Under the pieces are notes generated by a model, which was not told where the DNA came from, ran no database searches, and saw only the letters and a program-made list of their open reading frames with translations. 64,000 nucleotides of DNA from the NCBI GenBank assembly GCA_964643135.1, contig CAZXPC010000004.1, positions 4,716-68,715 on the forward strand. Reading direction: 5' to 3'. The position numbers and the translations under genes were made by a program. This document shows positions 1-8,517 of the stretch, piece by piece (position 1 is the first letter of the stretch; each line of letters opens with the position of its first letter). Source of the DNA: an uncultured Candidatus Saccharibacteria bacterium. GTDB taxonomy: Bacteria > Patescibacteriota > Minisyncoccia > UBA6257 > Colwellbacteraceae.

Positions 1-3
1 GTA

Positions 4-28
4 AAACGCCCCAGTTGTCGGGGCGTTT
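4..28 (-). terminator. Intrinsic terminator after rplY
   Basis: AAACGCCCC-7nt-GGGGCGTTT hairpin 11 nt beyond the rplY stop. Confidence 0.7.
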
Positions 29-39
29 CTTGTCTGTTT

Positions 40-699
40 CTATTTTGCGGTCGCTTCGGCGGCGACCTTTTCAGCATCGCGCGCCGCTTTCTTCTCTTCG
101 CCTTCAACTTTGACTTCAGCGAGGTCCGGAGCAACAACCGGAGCGACTTCTTCTTCACGCTGTTCGGAGACGGTGACGATAACGTTACCTCCGTCCAGGA
201 GAATCTTGAACTTGTTATCAGTTGCCAAATCTTTAATGTAAACGCTCTGGTGGAGATTTTCGAGCTTCGAGAGGTCGATAGTGATTTCGGCCGGGATATT
301 CGCCGGCAAGGCCTTGATCTTAAGTTCGTTCAAAGATTTAACCAAGATGCCGCTGAAGTTCTTAACAGCCGGAGCTTCGCCCACAAATTTAACCGGCACG
401 GTGGTCGTGATTTCTTCGTTCATGTTGACCTGGTAAAAGTCGATCGATTGAATCTCGTCGGTTAGATTGTTCTTAGTCACATCGTGGATCAAAACCGGGC
501 GCGATTCGGTACCGATTTTAAGATTAACAATCTGGTTTTCACCGGCAGACTTGTAAGCGGTGCGGAAATCTTTCAGAGCCACTGCGAGGTGCAAGTTTTC
601 GATGTCGTGGCCATAAAGCTCAGCCGGAACAACGCCCTTCTTGCGAAGCGCCGCTGCCTGGCCGCCAAATTTATCTCGTTTCTCAACTTTTAAATCCAT
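40..699 (-). CDS. rplY: 50S ribosomal protein L25/CTC
   Basis: LRKKGVVPAELYG, IQSIDFYQV, VPVKFVGEAPAVK and IPAEITIDLS motifs. Confidence 0.95.
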   Translation of the reverse strand: MDLKVEKRDKFGGQAAALRKKGVVPAELYGHDIENLHLAVALKDFRTAYKSAGENQIVNLKIGTESRPVLIHDVTKNNLTDEIQSIDFYQVNMNEEITTTVPVKFVGEAPAVKNFSGILVKSLNELKIKALPANIPAEITIDLSKLENLHQSVYIKDLATDNKFKILLDGGNVIVTVSEQREEEVAPVVAPDLAEVKVEGEEKKAARDAEKVAAEATAK

Positions 700-761
700 G
701 TTTTTAGGTAGCCAATATACTATTATAAGCCCTTTAAAATGGCAAGGGCCTGGCGCGCTTA

Positions 762-2180
762 CTAGATCGACTTGATCGAGACATAGAACTGGCTGCCTTT
801 GCCTTCTCCAGCGCTTTCTGCCCAGACTTTTCCGCCGTGGTCTTCGATGATCTTCTTGGCGATGAAGAGGCCTAAGCCGGTGCCAAGTATCTTTTTGCCG
901 GTTTCGCCTTTGTCGCGGCTAAATTGCTGGAAAAGTTTCGGCAAAAGCTCGTCTGATATTCCTAGCCCGGAGTCAGTTACTGCAATCAGGATGTTGCCCG
1001 GAGTTTTAGCATCGTTATTAATCGTAACTTTAACCCATCCGGCGGGAGTGTATTTAATTGAGTTATCCACGAAGTTTAGAATAGTCTGCTTAAACTTCTG
1101 CGCATCAGCTTTGATCTTAGCGCTTTGAATCCGGACATCTAGTGATAGGTCGAGGCCTTTTTTAACGGCCAAACCATGCAGCTCGTCGACAATTTCTTTA
1201 GTCATCTTAATCAAATCAACATCTTCAAAAGTATAATTCATCTTCCCCTCTTCGGCTTTGCGCATGTCGAGCAGGTTATTAACCAAGTCAATCAGCCTGT
1301 TAGCTGAATTGATTATTTTCTCGGTCATTTCTTTAACTTTGTCCGGTATAGCACCCAACTGCCCGTCGCGGATAATTTCGGCGTAGCCTTTTACAACCGC
1401 CATCGGCGCTTTAACCTGGTGCGAGGCGAAAGAGAGGAATTCTGATTTCAATTTATCCAATTCTTTAAGTTTCTCATTGGCGACTTTGAGCTCCTGATAC
1501 AAGAAAGCCCGGTCGAGCGCCACGGCGACCACGTTTACAAAGCTCTCGATGGATTCTTTCTCAAATTTGCTCAAGGTCTCATACTCATGGTTCAGCGCCA
1601 TAATCAATACGCCAATTGTTTTCTTCTCGATCACGAGCGGGTAAATTATCGACGTTTTGATGTTCGCATCTGCCGAGACTTTCTTTAAAGTTTCTGTTGT
1701 AAAAACGTCTTGCCAAATCGGGGCCAGGCCGTTTACGACGCACATCGAGCGGTTCAGCATCACCGTTTCCAAGATCGGGTTCGGCAAAGGCCTCTGGATT
1801 TTCATCGCGTGGAAAGGAATGTCGGTTATCGCCTTTCTGGCCTCAGCCAGGCGTTCCGACCGCGCGAATTTGAGAGGCTTCAGCTCGTCGGTCGCCTCGT
1901 CAAAGGTGAGGATGCCGACCAGCTCGTAATTCAAATCATCGCGGATAGCCTGCGTAATATTGGTCGCGATCTGCTCGGGCTCAAAGTTCTGAATGCTGAA
2001 TTGGTAAAGTTTACGCAAAAGGGAGAGCGTTTTGTTGCGGTTCGCCAGCTCGGCATTCTGGCCATATAAAAGCTGGGCCACATCTTTCAGGTGCTTCTGC
2101 TCCTCGCTCATCGATTCCGCAGGTGGCGCAGCGGGCTGTTCTGTTTTCTCCAGTTTCTTTTTGCGACCCCAAATAGCCAT
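762..2180 (-). CDS. Cytoplasmic GAF-domain sensor histidine kinase
   Basis: GAF (IIYPLV...GVLIM), H-box SHQVKAP, N-box NSIKYT, G boxes DSGLG and GTGLGL; no TM segment. Confidence 0.9.
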   Translation of the reverse strand: MAIWGRKKKLEKTEQPAAPPAESMSEEQKHLKDVAQLLYGQNAELANRNKTLSLLRKLYQFSIQNFEPEQIATNITQAIRDDLNYELVGILTFDEATDELKPLKFARSERLAEARKAITDIPFHAMKIQRPLPNPILETVMLNRSMCVVNGLAPIWQDVFTTETLKKVSADANIKTSIIYPLVIEKKTIGVLIMALNHEYETLSKFEKESIESFVNVVAVALDRAFLYQELKVANEKLKELDKLKSEFLSFASHQVKAPMAVVKGYAEIIRDGQLGAIPDKVKEMTEKIINSANRLIDLVNNLLDMRKAEEGKMNYTFEDVDLIKMTKEIVDELHGLAVKKGLDLSLDVRIQSAKIKADAQKFKQTILNFVDNSIKYTPAGWVKVTINNDAKTPGNILIAVTDSGLGISDELLPKLFQQFSRDKGETGKKILGTGLGLFIAKKIIEDHGGKVWAESAGEGKGSQFYVSIKSI

Positions 2181-2190
2181 GAGTTAATTA

Positions 2191-2219
2191 TGGACTAATT
2201 GTAGCATGGGTTATATAAT
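2191..2219 (+). promoter_or_regulatory. Sigma70-type promoter upstream of the toxin leader
   Basis: TGGACT-17nt-TATAAT. Confidence 0.55.
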
Positions 2220-2246
2220 CAAATCACTTTCGGGATTATCCCGCGG

Positions 2247-2282
2247 CCCCGCTAGAAATAGCGGGGAATTCTCTTTATTTTT
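2247..2282 (+). terminator. Terminator/attenuator-like hairpin upstream of the toxin ORF
   Basis: CCCCGCTA-GAAA-TAGCGGGG followed by a T-rich tract. Confidence 0.55.
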
Positions 2283-2313
2283 CCTTCATCTGCGAAGTTG
2301 TAGCATTGAAGTT

Positions 2314-2706
2314 ATGACTCATATAAAAGATTTTGATGGATGGAATGAGAATAAAAAGGAAATTCACAATCGCGTTGATGGGCCATTTTTCCATACTCGT
2401 GAAATATGGTGGTGCTCACTTGGTCTAAATATAGGCTTTGAGCAGGATGGATCAAGCGATGACTATTATCGCCCCGTACTCATATTGAAAGGCTTGGGAA
2501 GATGGACCTGTCTAGCTGTTCCACTGACTACTTCTGCAAGAGATCATAAGTTGCGCCCCTCCATCGGTGTTGTCGAAGGCAAGGAGGATCGTGCTCTTAT
2601 CTCGCAAATCAGAGTTATAGATGCGAAGCGTTTAGTAAGGAAAGTAGGCTATCTTGAAAGCAATATCTTTGAAATCATAAGAAAAACCGTCAAGGATATG
2701 ATCTGA
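2314..2706 (+). CDS. PemK/MazF-family endoribonuclease toxin with no adjacent protein antitoxin
   Basis: EIWWCSLGLNIGFEQDG, RPVLIL, AVPLTT, SQIRVIDAKRL; start set at MTHIKDF. Confidence 0.85.
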   Translation: MTHIKDFDGWNENKKEIHNRVDGPFFHTREIWWCSLGLNIGFEQDGSSDDYYRPVLILKGLGRWTCLAVPLTTSARDHKLRPSIGVVEGKEDRALISQIRVIDAKRLVRKVGYLESNIFEIIRKTVKDMI

Positions 2707-2765
2707 CGGTTTTTCTCGACTTACTTGATGTTTGCCTCTTGCGAGGCGAGGCCGAAGCCACTTGT
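2675..2765 (-). ncRNA. Candidate ~90-nt antisense sRNA overlapping the toxin 3' end
   Basis: Minus-strand TTGACT-16nt-(TGA)TAAGAT promoter at 2772-2799; GGC-UUCG-GCC and GCCUC-GCAA-GAGGC hairpins; 13-bp terminator stem at 2680-2716. Confidence 0.5.
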
Positions 2766-2809
2766 ACTTATATCTTATCACGACAAGATACTTAGTCAAA
2801 TGCTAATTG

Positions 2810-3091
2810 TTATCTCAGGCTTGCCGGCACTTCGGCGGCGGGCAGGTCGGCGATGAGGCTGATCGCGGCTTCGCGGCAGACTTCGTGGCTAGCGCGGCCG
2901 AACAACCGCTCATATTGAGCGACAAGCTTATCCAAAGTTTCTTTCGGGTCGCCGGCAATATCAACTTCCCCACTCTTTTGATCAGTGATCTTTAAGCCCT
3001 GCACTTTCCCCGCCTCATTCCAAGCTAAGGGGCCGATAACCAGCTCCTGCTCTTTAATGATTTTTGATGCAATTTGCGCGAAGATAGTCAT
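2810..3091 (-). CDS. Small helical hypothetical protein (93 aa)
   Basis: Clean ORF starting 3 nt after the upstream membrane protein gene. Confidence 0.8.
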   Translation of the reverse strand: MTIFAQIASKIIKEQELVIGPLAWNEAGKVQGLKITDQKSGEVDIAGDPKETLDKLVAQYERLFGRASHEVCREAAISLIADLPAAEVPASLR

Positions 3092-3094
3092 GGG

Positions 3095-3949
3095 CTAAGT
3101 ATTTGGATTTTTTTCTTCGGGCTGTCGTGGATCAAGCAAGACAATGCCCATGCTTAGCAAAGTCATTGTCATGGTAAACAACACATCGGCTAAGCTTCCG
3201 TTGTAGTAAGTTGTGAGCGTAGTGGTATATGAGAAAGTAAAATCAGCAAAATAGTTTGCTATGAAACCTGCCAAGACAATGTAAATAGCAGTCCTGTATA
3301 AACCTCCAAAATATTTAAACGACAAGCCGTAAATCAAAATTGATAAACTAAGAATCACTACATCGCCGATTGGATATGCGAGATCGAAGAATAATTTCAG
3401 CTGGTTCATAAACGGAGAAAGGGTGCTATCCGGCATAGTCAGAACTCCTCCCCTAGCCACAACGACGAGCAAATAATAAGATATCGCGATAATAACTGCA
3501 GGAATAACAAAAAGTAATATCTTGCCTTCCATTTTCCTAAGCTCAAACTTGGCGCCAGTCGCTCTAGATAGATTTATAATTCCTATCGCCCATAGGGGCC
3601 AGCTGATTACGAACGACGCATCAGCCCATGAAGGATACGGGACACTCACGCCTAAAATAATGTTGTAGTACAGCCAAATAACCATCCCGAAGCCCCAAGT
3701 TATCAGACCCAGAGATAGAAATGAGACTGCCCTGCCCACCGCGCTACTAAAACCGCCCCAACGCCTAGCCAATAGAAAACCGTAAATGCCTCCAATTAGT
3801 GGGATAATGCCGTACGTATTGCTATAAATGTTAGCCGGTCCGCCTGAGGTAGTTTGAGTAATGTAAAGATATAAAAACCAGCCCATATAAAAAACGAAAA
3901 GCGTCGCTAAGACAGTTAGGAATTTCTTTTGGATGCCTTTTGTGGACAT
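3095..3949 (-). CDS. Multi-pass membrane protein resembling a stand-alone membrane sensor domain
   Basis: About 8 hydrophobic segments; VPYPSWAD and LAYPIGD motifs resemble membrane sensor domains of kinases/cyclases. Confidence 0.75.
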   Translation of the reverse strand: MSTKGIQKKFLTVLATLFVFYMGWFLYLYITQTTSGGPANIYSNTYGIIPLIGGIYGFLLARRWGGFSSAVGRAVSFLSLGLITWGFGMVIWLYYNIILGVSVPYPSWADASFVISWPLWAIGIINLSRATGAKFELRKMEGKILLFVIPAVIIAISYYLLVVVARGGVLTMPDSTLSPFMNQLKLFFDLAYPIGDVVILSLSILIYGLSFKYFGGLYRTAIYIVLAGFIANYFADFTFSYTTTLTTYYNGSLADVLFTMTMTLLSMGIVLLDPRQPEEKNPNT

Positions 3950-3998
3950 ATTTATTGTCAGGTATATACTGAAAACAACTTAAATATTATACAAAAAT

Positions 3999-4385
3999 AT
4001 GGATAAAGACACAAAGCAGAAGTTTGGTTACAAAGGCGGTTACGGTTTGGAGTTAATATTAGATCTAAAGGGCTGTGATCTTTCAGACTTAACCCGCGAA
4101 AAGTTGAAGAGATTTTTTGTGGAATTATGCGATCGGATCAAGATGGTAAGGCATGGCGAACCTCTGTATTGGGAGGATACTTCCGATATTCCTCATCTCC
4201 GAGGCATTTCCGGATTTCAATTTATCGAAACAAGCAATGTTGTATGCCATCCAATCTCCATGCAAAATGCGGTATATCTCAACATATTCTCGTGTAAGGA
4301 ATTTGATACTGAAGATGCAGTAAAATACTGCGTCGAATTCTGGGGAGCAAAATCCGAGGTTCACACTGTTGTACCTCGCACATAA
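3999..4385 (+). CDS. Pyruvoyl-dependent S-adenosylmethionine decarboxylase (SpeD/SpeH) family proenzyme
   Basis: GLELILDLKGC, GISGFQFIETSNVVCH (self-cleavage region), YLNIFSCKEFD. Confidence 0.85.
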   Translation: MDKDTKQKFGYKGGYGLELILDLKGCDLSDLTREKLKRFFVELCDRIKMVRHGEPLYWEDTSDIPHLRGISGFQFIETSNVVCHPISMQNAVYLNIFSCKEFDTEDAVKYCVEFWGAKSEVHTVVPRT

Positions 4386-4390
4386 AAACC

Positions 4391-4927
4391 ATGTCTTCTG
4401 ATAAGCAGGCGGCAAAGGAAACTATTCTGGAAACAGATAGTTTAGCGGTAACCTCTAGTAAATCGAAAGATCGCGGCTTAGGTGTTTTTGCAAAACATAG
4501 TTTCCGAGCTGGAGAGTTATTATTTGAAGTTAGAGGCCCAATAATGGCAAGAGGAACTAAATATTCATTATCTGTTGGCTTTGGCCAACACATTGAACCA
4601 AAAACAGAAGACGGCAAAGATGATTTCGGACATTACATGAACCACTCTTGTGATCCGAATGCATTTGTAAAAGTCGTAGCCTCATCTAAAACTCCCTACA
4701 TAGAGATCAGAGCGCGCAGGAATATCAAAAAGGGTGAAGAGTTAACATTTGATTACGCCTCATCAGAATATGAGGTAACAATAAATGGAGTTTCTTGCAG
4801 ATGCGACACAAAGCTGTGTAGGGGTAAAATTCATGGATTCAAAGATCTACCTAAAGATATTTTCGATCAGTATAAAAAAGAGGGAATAATTCCCGACCAC
4901 CTAACAAGTATTTCCAGTAATAATTAA
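4391..4927 (+). CDS. SET-domain protein-lysine methyltransferase with post-SET cysteines
   Basis: GLGVFA, NHSCDPN, GEELTFDY, CRCDTKLCRG. Confidence 0.92.
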   Translation: MSSDKQAAKETILETDSLAVTSSKSKDRGLGVFAKHSFRAGELLFEVRGPIMARGTKYSLSVGFGQHIEPKTEDGKDDFGHYMNHSCDPNAFVKVVASSKTPYIEIRARRNIKKGEELTFDYASSEYEVTINGVSCRCDTKLCRGKIHGFKDLPKDIFDQYKKEGIIPDHLTSISSNN

Positions 4928-4947
4928 GGTAGCGCCTCTAGACGCGC

Positions 4948-5283
4948 TTATTTGCCTGGAGTAAAAACCATTAAAAAAATACCGATTAGAGCAAAGACTA
5001 TGCCAAGGTATTCCAAGCCGGTCATTTTGTCCCATTCATTAAACATAAACAAACCAACGGCTATCGTGCTCACGGTAAGAAGAGAATCCGCGATTCCCGA
5101 TCCAATCGCAACACCGACCTTGGAAGTGAGTAGCCCATAAGTTATGAACACAAAGGGAGAGACGAGGATGAGGGCGACAAGCCAAATAGAATAGCGGCTA
5201 TCCTGCCTAGCCCAAATCGCACCTATTGAGTTGGCCAGAAGAGCTACTCCAACAGCCATGACTATATAAAGAATATTTTTCAT
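4948..5283 (-). CDS. Small 4-TM SMR/DMT-like transporter
   Basis: 111 aa, four hydrophobic helices, GLFMFNE...LGIVFALIGI pattern. Confidence 0.7.
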   Translation of the reverse strand: MKNILYIVMAVGVALLANSIGAIWARQDSRYSIWLVALILVSPFVFITYGLLTSKVGVAIGSGIADSLLTVSTIAVGLFMFNEWDKMTGLEYLGIVFALIGIFLMVFTPGK

Positions 5284-5339
5284 ATTGCTTAATTATAACA
5301 TTGCGGGCATTCCAGGAATGAAAAACAAAAAGAATAAAT

Positions 5340-5398
5340 AAAAAAGCCGCATTGCCGAATGTGCATACATGGATAGTATGGATTCTAAGCAATGCGGA
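5340..5398 (-). terminator. Terminator after the DHS-like gene
   Basis: CCGCATTGC...GCAATGCGG stem followed by a T-run on the minus strand. Confidence 0.5.
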
Positions 5399-5413
5399 CG
5401 TCGTCATGCGTGC

Positions 5414-6544
5414 TCACTCACCGAGGATCAGGGCGACGAGATCCGGGAAGACCTCGGTGAAGTCGCCGAAGATCTGGAAGTATGGGTCACCCGGCTCCAA
5501 CTTGTCCCAGGTGATCTTCTCCTTGCCTCCGGCTCCGGAGTAGGAACCCCCGCTCATGGGCGTGAGGTGGACCTCGACAAACCCAGCCCAGGCAGGCACG
5601 AGGGCTTCCTGGGTCTCCTGCGTCTCTTCCGCAAGGTAGTCCTTCTTCACATGCGGCACGCCGCAGATGACGAAGTCCGCCGCAATTCCGCCTCCGAGCT
5701 GGAGGAAGAAGATCCTCTTCTGCCTCGCTTCCTTCATGTAGAGCTCCGTGAAGCGGTGCATGTAGGCGTCAGGGGGCTGGATCACGGCGGGGTTGATGGG
5801 CTTCTCCTGCTTGTACTTCGCAAGGAACTCGTCGTTCCCGTTGTAGCAGTAGTAGCTGAAGATGTTCCCCATTGTGCTGTCTTCCCGGCCAGGGACGAAG
5901 ACCTGCACGCCGTGGATCATCGCCTGGTAGGCCCAACAGTCGTCGAGGTTCGCCGTGGGATCGAACGCGATCATCCCTCGGCGGACCGTCTCTTCGAAGT
6001 ACCAGTTCCAGAGATGGCTCTCGCCCTGCGCTTCGGCTTCGCGCCAGAGGCACTCCATCGGGCCGAGCATGACGCGGGTCGACTCGTCCTCCGGCATGGT
6101 CGTCGTAGTGATCCGCCGGTGGCCAGTCCGTCCGAGTTCCTTCTCCTGTGCGGGAGTGAGCTCCGGATACCTCGGGAGATAGGTGTAGTACGAGTGCGCG
6201 ATGGCTCGGTACCAGCTCTCCTCGTAGTTCGCGCCCGTACACGAGATCGCTGCGACCTTGCCCGCGCGGATCAGTCTCGAGAGCGCGATCCCGCCTTCGA
6301 ACGATGAGAAGGCGCCGGCTAGGGTGACAACGAATTTGCCGCCCTCTTCGCCGTGCCTCTTCATCGTCAGGCCGGCATCGACCATGGCGCCGCCGTTGCA
6401 GTGGCGCTTGTTCTTCACAAGATGGTTCGAAACGGGCGAGTTCGGGTTCGGCGTGTAGTCCCGGTCCACAGGCATGAAGAACGCCTGCAATTCGGGACTC
6501 AGCTGTGCCTTCTTCTCTTCGGGGCTGAGTATTTTTTGCGACAT
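5414..6544 (-). CDS. Deoxyhypusine synthase-like protein (possible homospermidine synthase)
   Basis: VTLAGA, ISCTGANYEE, DSTMGN, QLGGGI, SYSGA...EKITWDK with the catalytic Lys position retained; GC-richer than neighbours. Confidence 0.88.
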   Translation of the reverse strand: MSQKILSPEEKKAQLSPELQAFFMPVDRDYTPNPNSPVSNHLVKNKRHCNGGAMVDAGLTMKRHGEEGGKFVVTLAGAFSSFEGGIALSRLIRAGKVAAISCTGANYEESWYRAIAHSYYTYLPRYPELTPAQEKELGRTGHRRITTTTMPEDESTRVMLGPMECLWREAEAQGESHLWNWYFEETVRRGMIAFDPTANLDDCWAYQAMIHGVQVFVPGREDSTMGNIFSYYCYNGNDEFLAKYKQEKPINPAVIQPPDAYMHRFTELYMKEARQKRIFFLQLGGGIAADFVICGVPHVKKDYLAEETQETQEALVPAWAGFVEVHLTPMSGGSYSGAGGKEKITWDKLEPGDPYFQIFGDFTEVFPDLVALILGE

Positions 6545-6746
6545 CTGTAGACCTCCATCGATAGTGAGCTATGAAATTGTGAGAGAACTTATCCGCCAGA
6601 TCGGCGGATTTGTTCTATCTCGCCAACCATAGCGGTATCATCTAATCACGAGAGAGAGAGATGGTTGTCAATCTTCCGACAGCGTGGTCAAATCTAGCTG
6701 AGCACCGTTTTTAGCCTTATTTTGACTAATCCAATATAATTTAGGC

Positions 6747-7304
6747 ATGACCAAGACTGGAAAAGTAGTTTATCGTGGCATGGCGGCGGGCAAGCCGATT
6801 GTTATTCGCTATCCTAAAATGAGCGATGCGAAGGCGGCATTGGAATTTATCAATAAAATCTCTCGGGAAAAGAGCTTCCTTAACATACAAGGCAAGCAGT
6901 TGAACATGAAGGAAGAGCGAGCCTTCCTAAAAAAGAATATCTCTGGCATTAAGAAAAAAGTCTGCGTTCATCTCTTCGTCTTGGCTGGGGATCGAATTGT
7001 CGGTTCGGCAACTATGAATCGCGAGAGTATAGATGCTCAAAAACATAAAGCTGAGTTCGGTATAGTTATGGCCAAGGATATGAGAGGCTACGGGATCGGC
7101 AGACTTTTGATGTCGCTCGTTCTGAAAGAATCAGAGCGTAGTATGCAGGGCGTAAAAATGTTCACTCTGAAAGTTTTTGCTAATAACCCTCTCGCATTTA
7201 GAATGTACAGAAAGTTCGGCTTCAAACAGTTCGGCATCTTGCCCAAAGGAGTAACACACAAAGGCAAGCCCGTTGACGAAATATTCATGTATAAAGACCT
7301 ATAG
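6747..7304 (+). CDS. GNAT N-acetyltransferase
   Basis: RGYGIGRLL acetyl-CoA motif; N..A..MYRKFGF. Confidence 0.9.
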   Translation: MTKTGKVVYRGMAAGKPIVIRYPKMSDAKAALEFINKISREKSFLNIQGKQLNMKEERAFLKKNISGIKKKVCVHLFVLAGDRIVGSATMNRESIDAQKHKAEFGIVMAKDMRGYGIGRLLMSLVLKESERSMQGVKMFTLKVFANNPLAFRMYRKFGFKQFGILPKGVTHKGKPVDEIFMYKDL

Positions 7305-7326
7305 AAAACAGGTTAACTTTTTAGAT

Positions 7327-7800
7327 ATGACGATAAAAATTAGAAAAGCTAAACGGGCGGATATTGATGCGATTGTTAAGCTTAATTCGGGGCTGACTGA
7401 CTATCACCACAAGATCGATCCGGACTATTGGAGCCCGAGCAGTAAAACGCGCGGACCTTTTAGGAAATTTATTAGCGGACAAATTGGGAAAAGAAACTCA
7501 CTAAGTCTGGTTGCGGAAGATGATGGCAAGGCTGTGGGATACTTTACGGGCAACATATTGGTACCTAAACCAGCAGTAAAGATTAGAAAGATCGGCCACC
7601 TGGGACATGGATTCTTACTGCCGGAGTATCGTAGCCAAGGTATCGCGAGAAAAGCCGGAGAAATGCTGGTTGAATGGTTTAAGAAAAAGGGCATCCGATT
7701 ACTAGAGCTTTCGGTTGACTCTAGGAATAATGTCGGCGTTCGAGCCTGGGAGGGATTGGGTTTTAAAGAGTTTATGAAAAAAATGAAATTGGAGATATAA
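7327..7800 (+). CDS. GNAT N-acetyltransferase
   Basis: PEYRSQGIA; N..G..AWEGLGF; start set at MTIKIRKA. Confidence 0.9.
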   Translation: MTIKIRKAKRADIDAIVKLNSGLTDYHHKIDPDYWSPSSKTRGPFRKFISGQIGKRNSLSLVAEDDGKAVGYFTGNILVPKPAVKIRKIGHLGHGFLLPEYRSQGIARKAGEMLVEWFKKKGIRLLELSVDSRNNVGVRAWEGLGFKEFMKKMKLEI

Positions 7801-7804
7801 AAAT

Positions 7805-7963
7805 ATGAAATCAAAATCAATTATTAAAAAGGTTGTTAAAGATAAAAATCAGGATCGCAGGATTTTTGATGCTTCGAGAGATAATAGAGGAGCTGGTGTA
7901 AGAACTCAGGATCTGATCAAAACTATTAAGAAAATCGAGGGAGACTTAACAAAGGATTTATGA
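7805..7963 (+). CDS. Small hypothetical protein (52 aa), below the ORF-track cutoff
   Basis: MKSKSIIKK...EGDLTKDL; fills the gap exactly and has an ATGA overlap with the next gene. Confidence 0.6.
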   Translation: MKSKSIIKKVVKDKNQDRRIFDASRDNRGAGVRTQDLIKTIKKIEGDLTKDL

Positions 7964-8517
7964 TTTACTATGTCACGGGAAGCGATATTAAATTTAAAAC
8001 CGCACAGGATTGTCTAAAAGAGCATGGCATTGATATTGTTCAGAAAACGCTGGATATTAAAGAAATCCAGAGCGAGTCGATCGAAGAGATAGCAATCGAT
8101 AAGGCTAAACGAGCTTTTGAGACAATCAAAGAACCCCTGTTCATTAATGATTCCGGCTGGTTTTTCGCAGGACTCAATGGCTTTCCCGGCGCCTATATGG
8201 CCTATATTAATAGATGGCTTACGGCTGACGATTTGATAAATCTCATGAAAGGAAAAGATAACCGGGAGGTAATTCTAAAACAAGTTGTCGTCTATATCGA
8301 TGAAAAAGGACATAAAATTTTAGAACATGATTCTATCGGCAAGATTTTAGAAAAACCAAGCATTAATATCGGACGACCGTCAGAAATGGTTTCGTCCTTC
8401 TCGGGTGATGATCTGGCCTTAACAGACCAAAGGGCTAAAGGAATTAAAAATATCGGGCCAGAGCAGGAACTCTGGAGTGAATTGGCAGATTGGCTAAGAG
8501 AAACTAAGAGACCCTAA
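7960..8517 (+). CDS. HAM1/RdgB-like non-canonical purine NTP pyrophosphatase
   Basis: VTGS..K, EIQ, DSG, LNGFPGAY. Confidence 0.85.
   Translation: MIYYVTGSDIKFKTAQDCLKEHGIDIVQKTLDIKEIQSESIEEIAIDKAKRAFETIKEPLFINDSGWFFAGLNGFPGAYMAYINRWLTADDLINLMKGKDNREVILKQVVVYIDEKGHKILEHDSIGKILEKPSINIGRPSEMVSSFSGDDLALTDQRAKGIKNIGPEQELWSELADWLRETKRP

Noticed and set aside
5369-6307. 312-aa plus-strand ORF and similar long antisense ORFs (e.g. 25108-25683, 34488-35000), and the alternate-frame ORF 62868-63482
   Set aside because: Shadows of well-supported genes; no recognisable motifs
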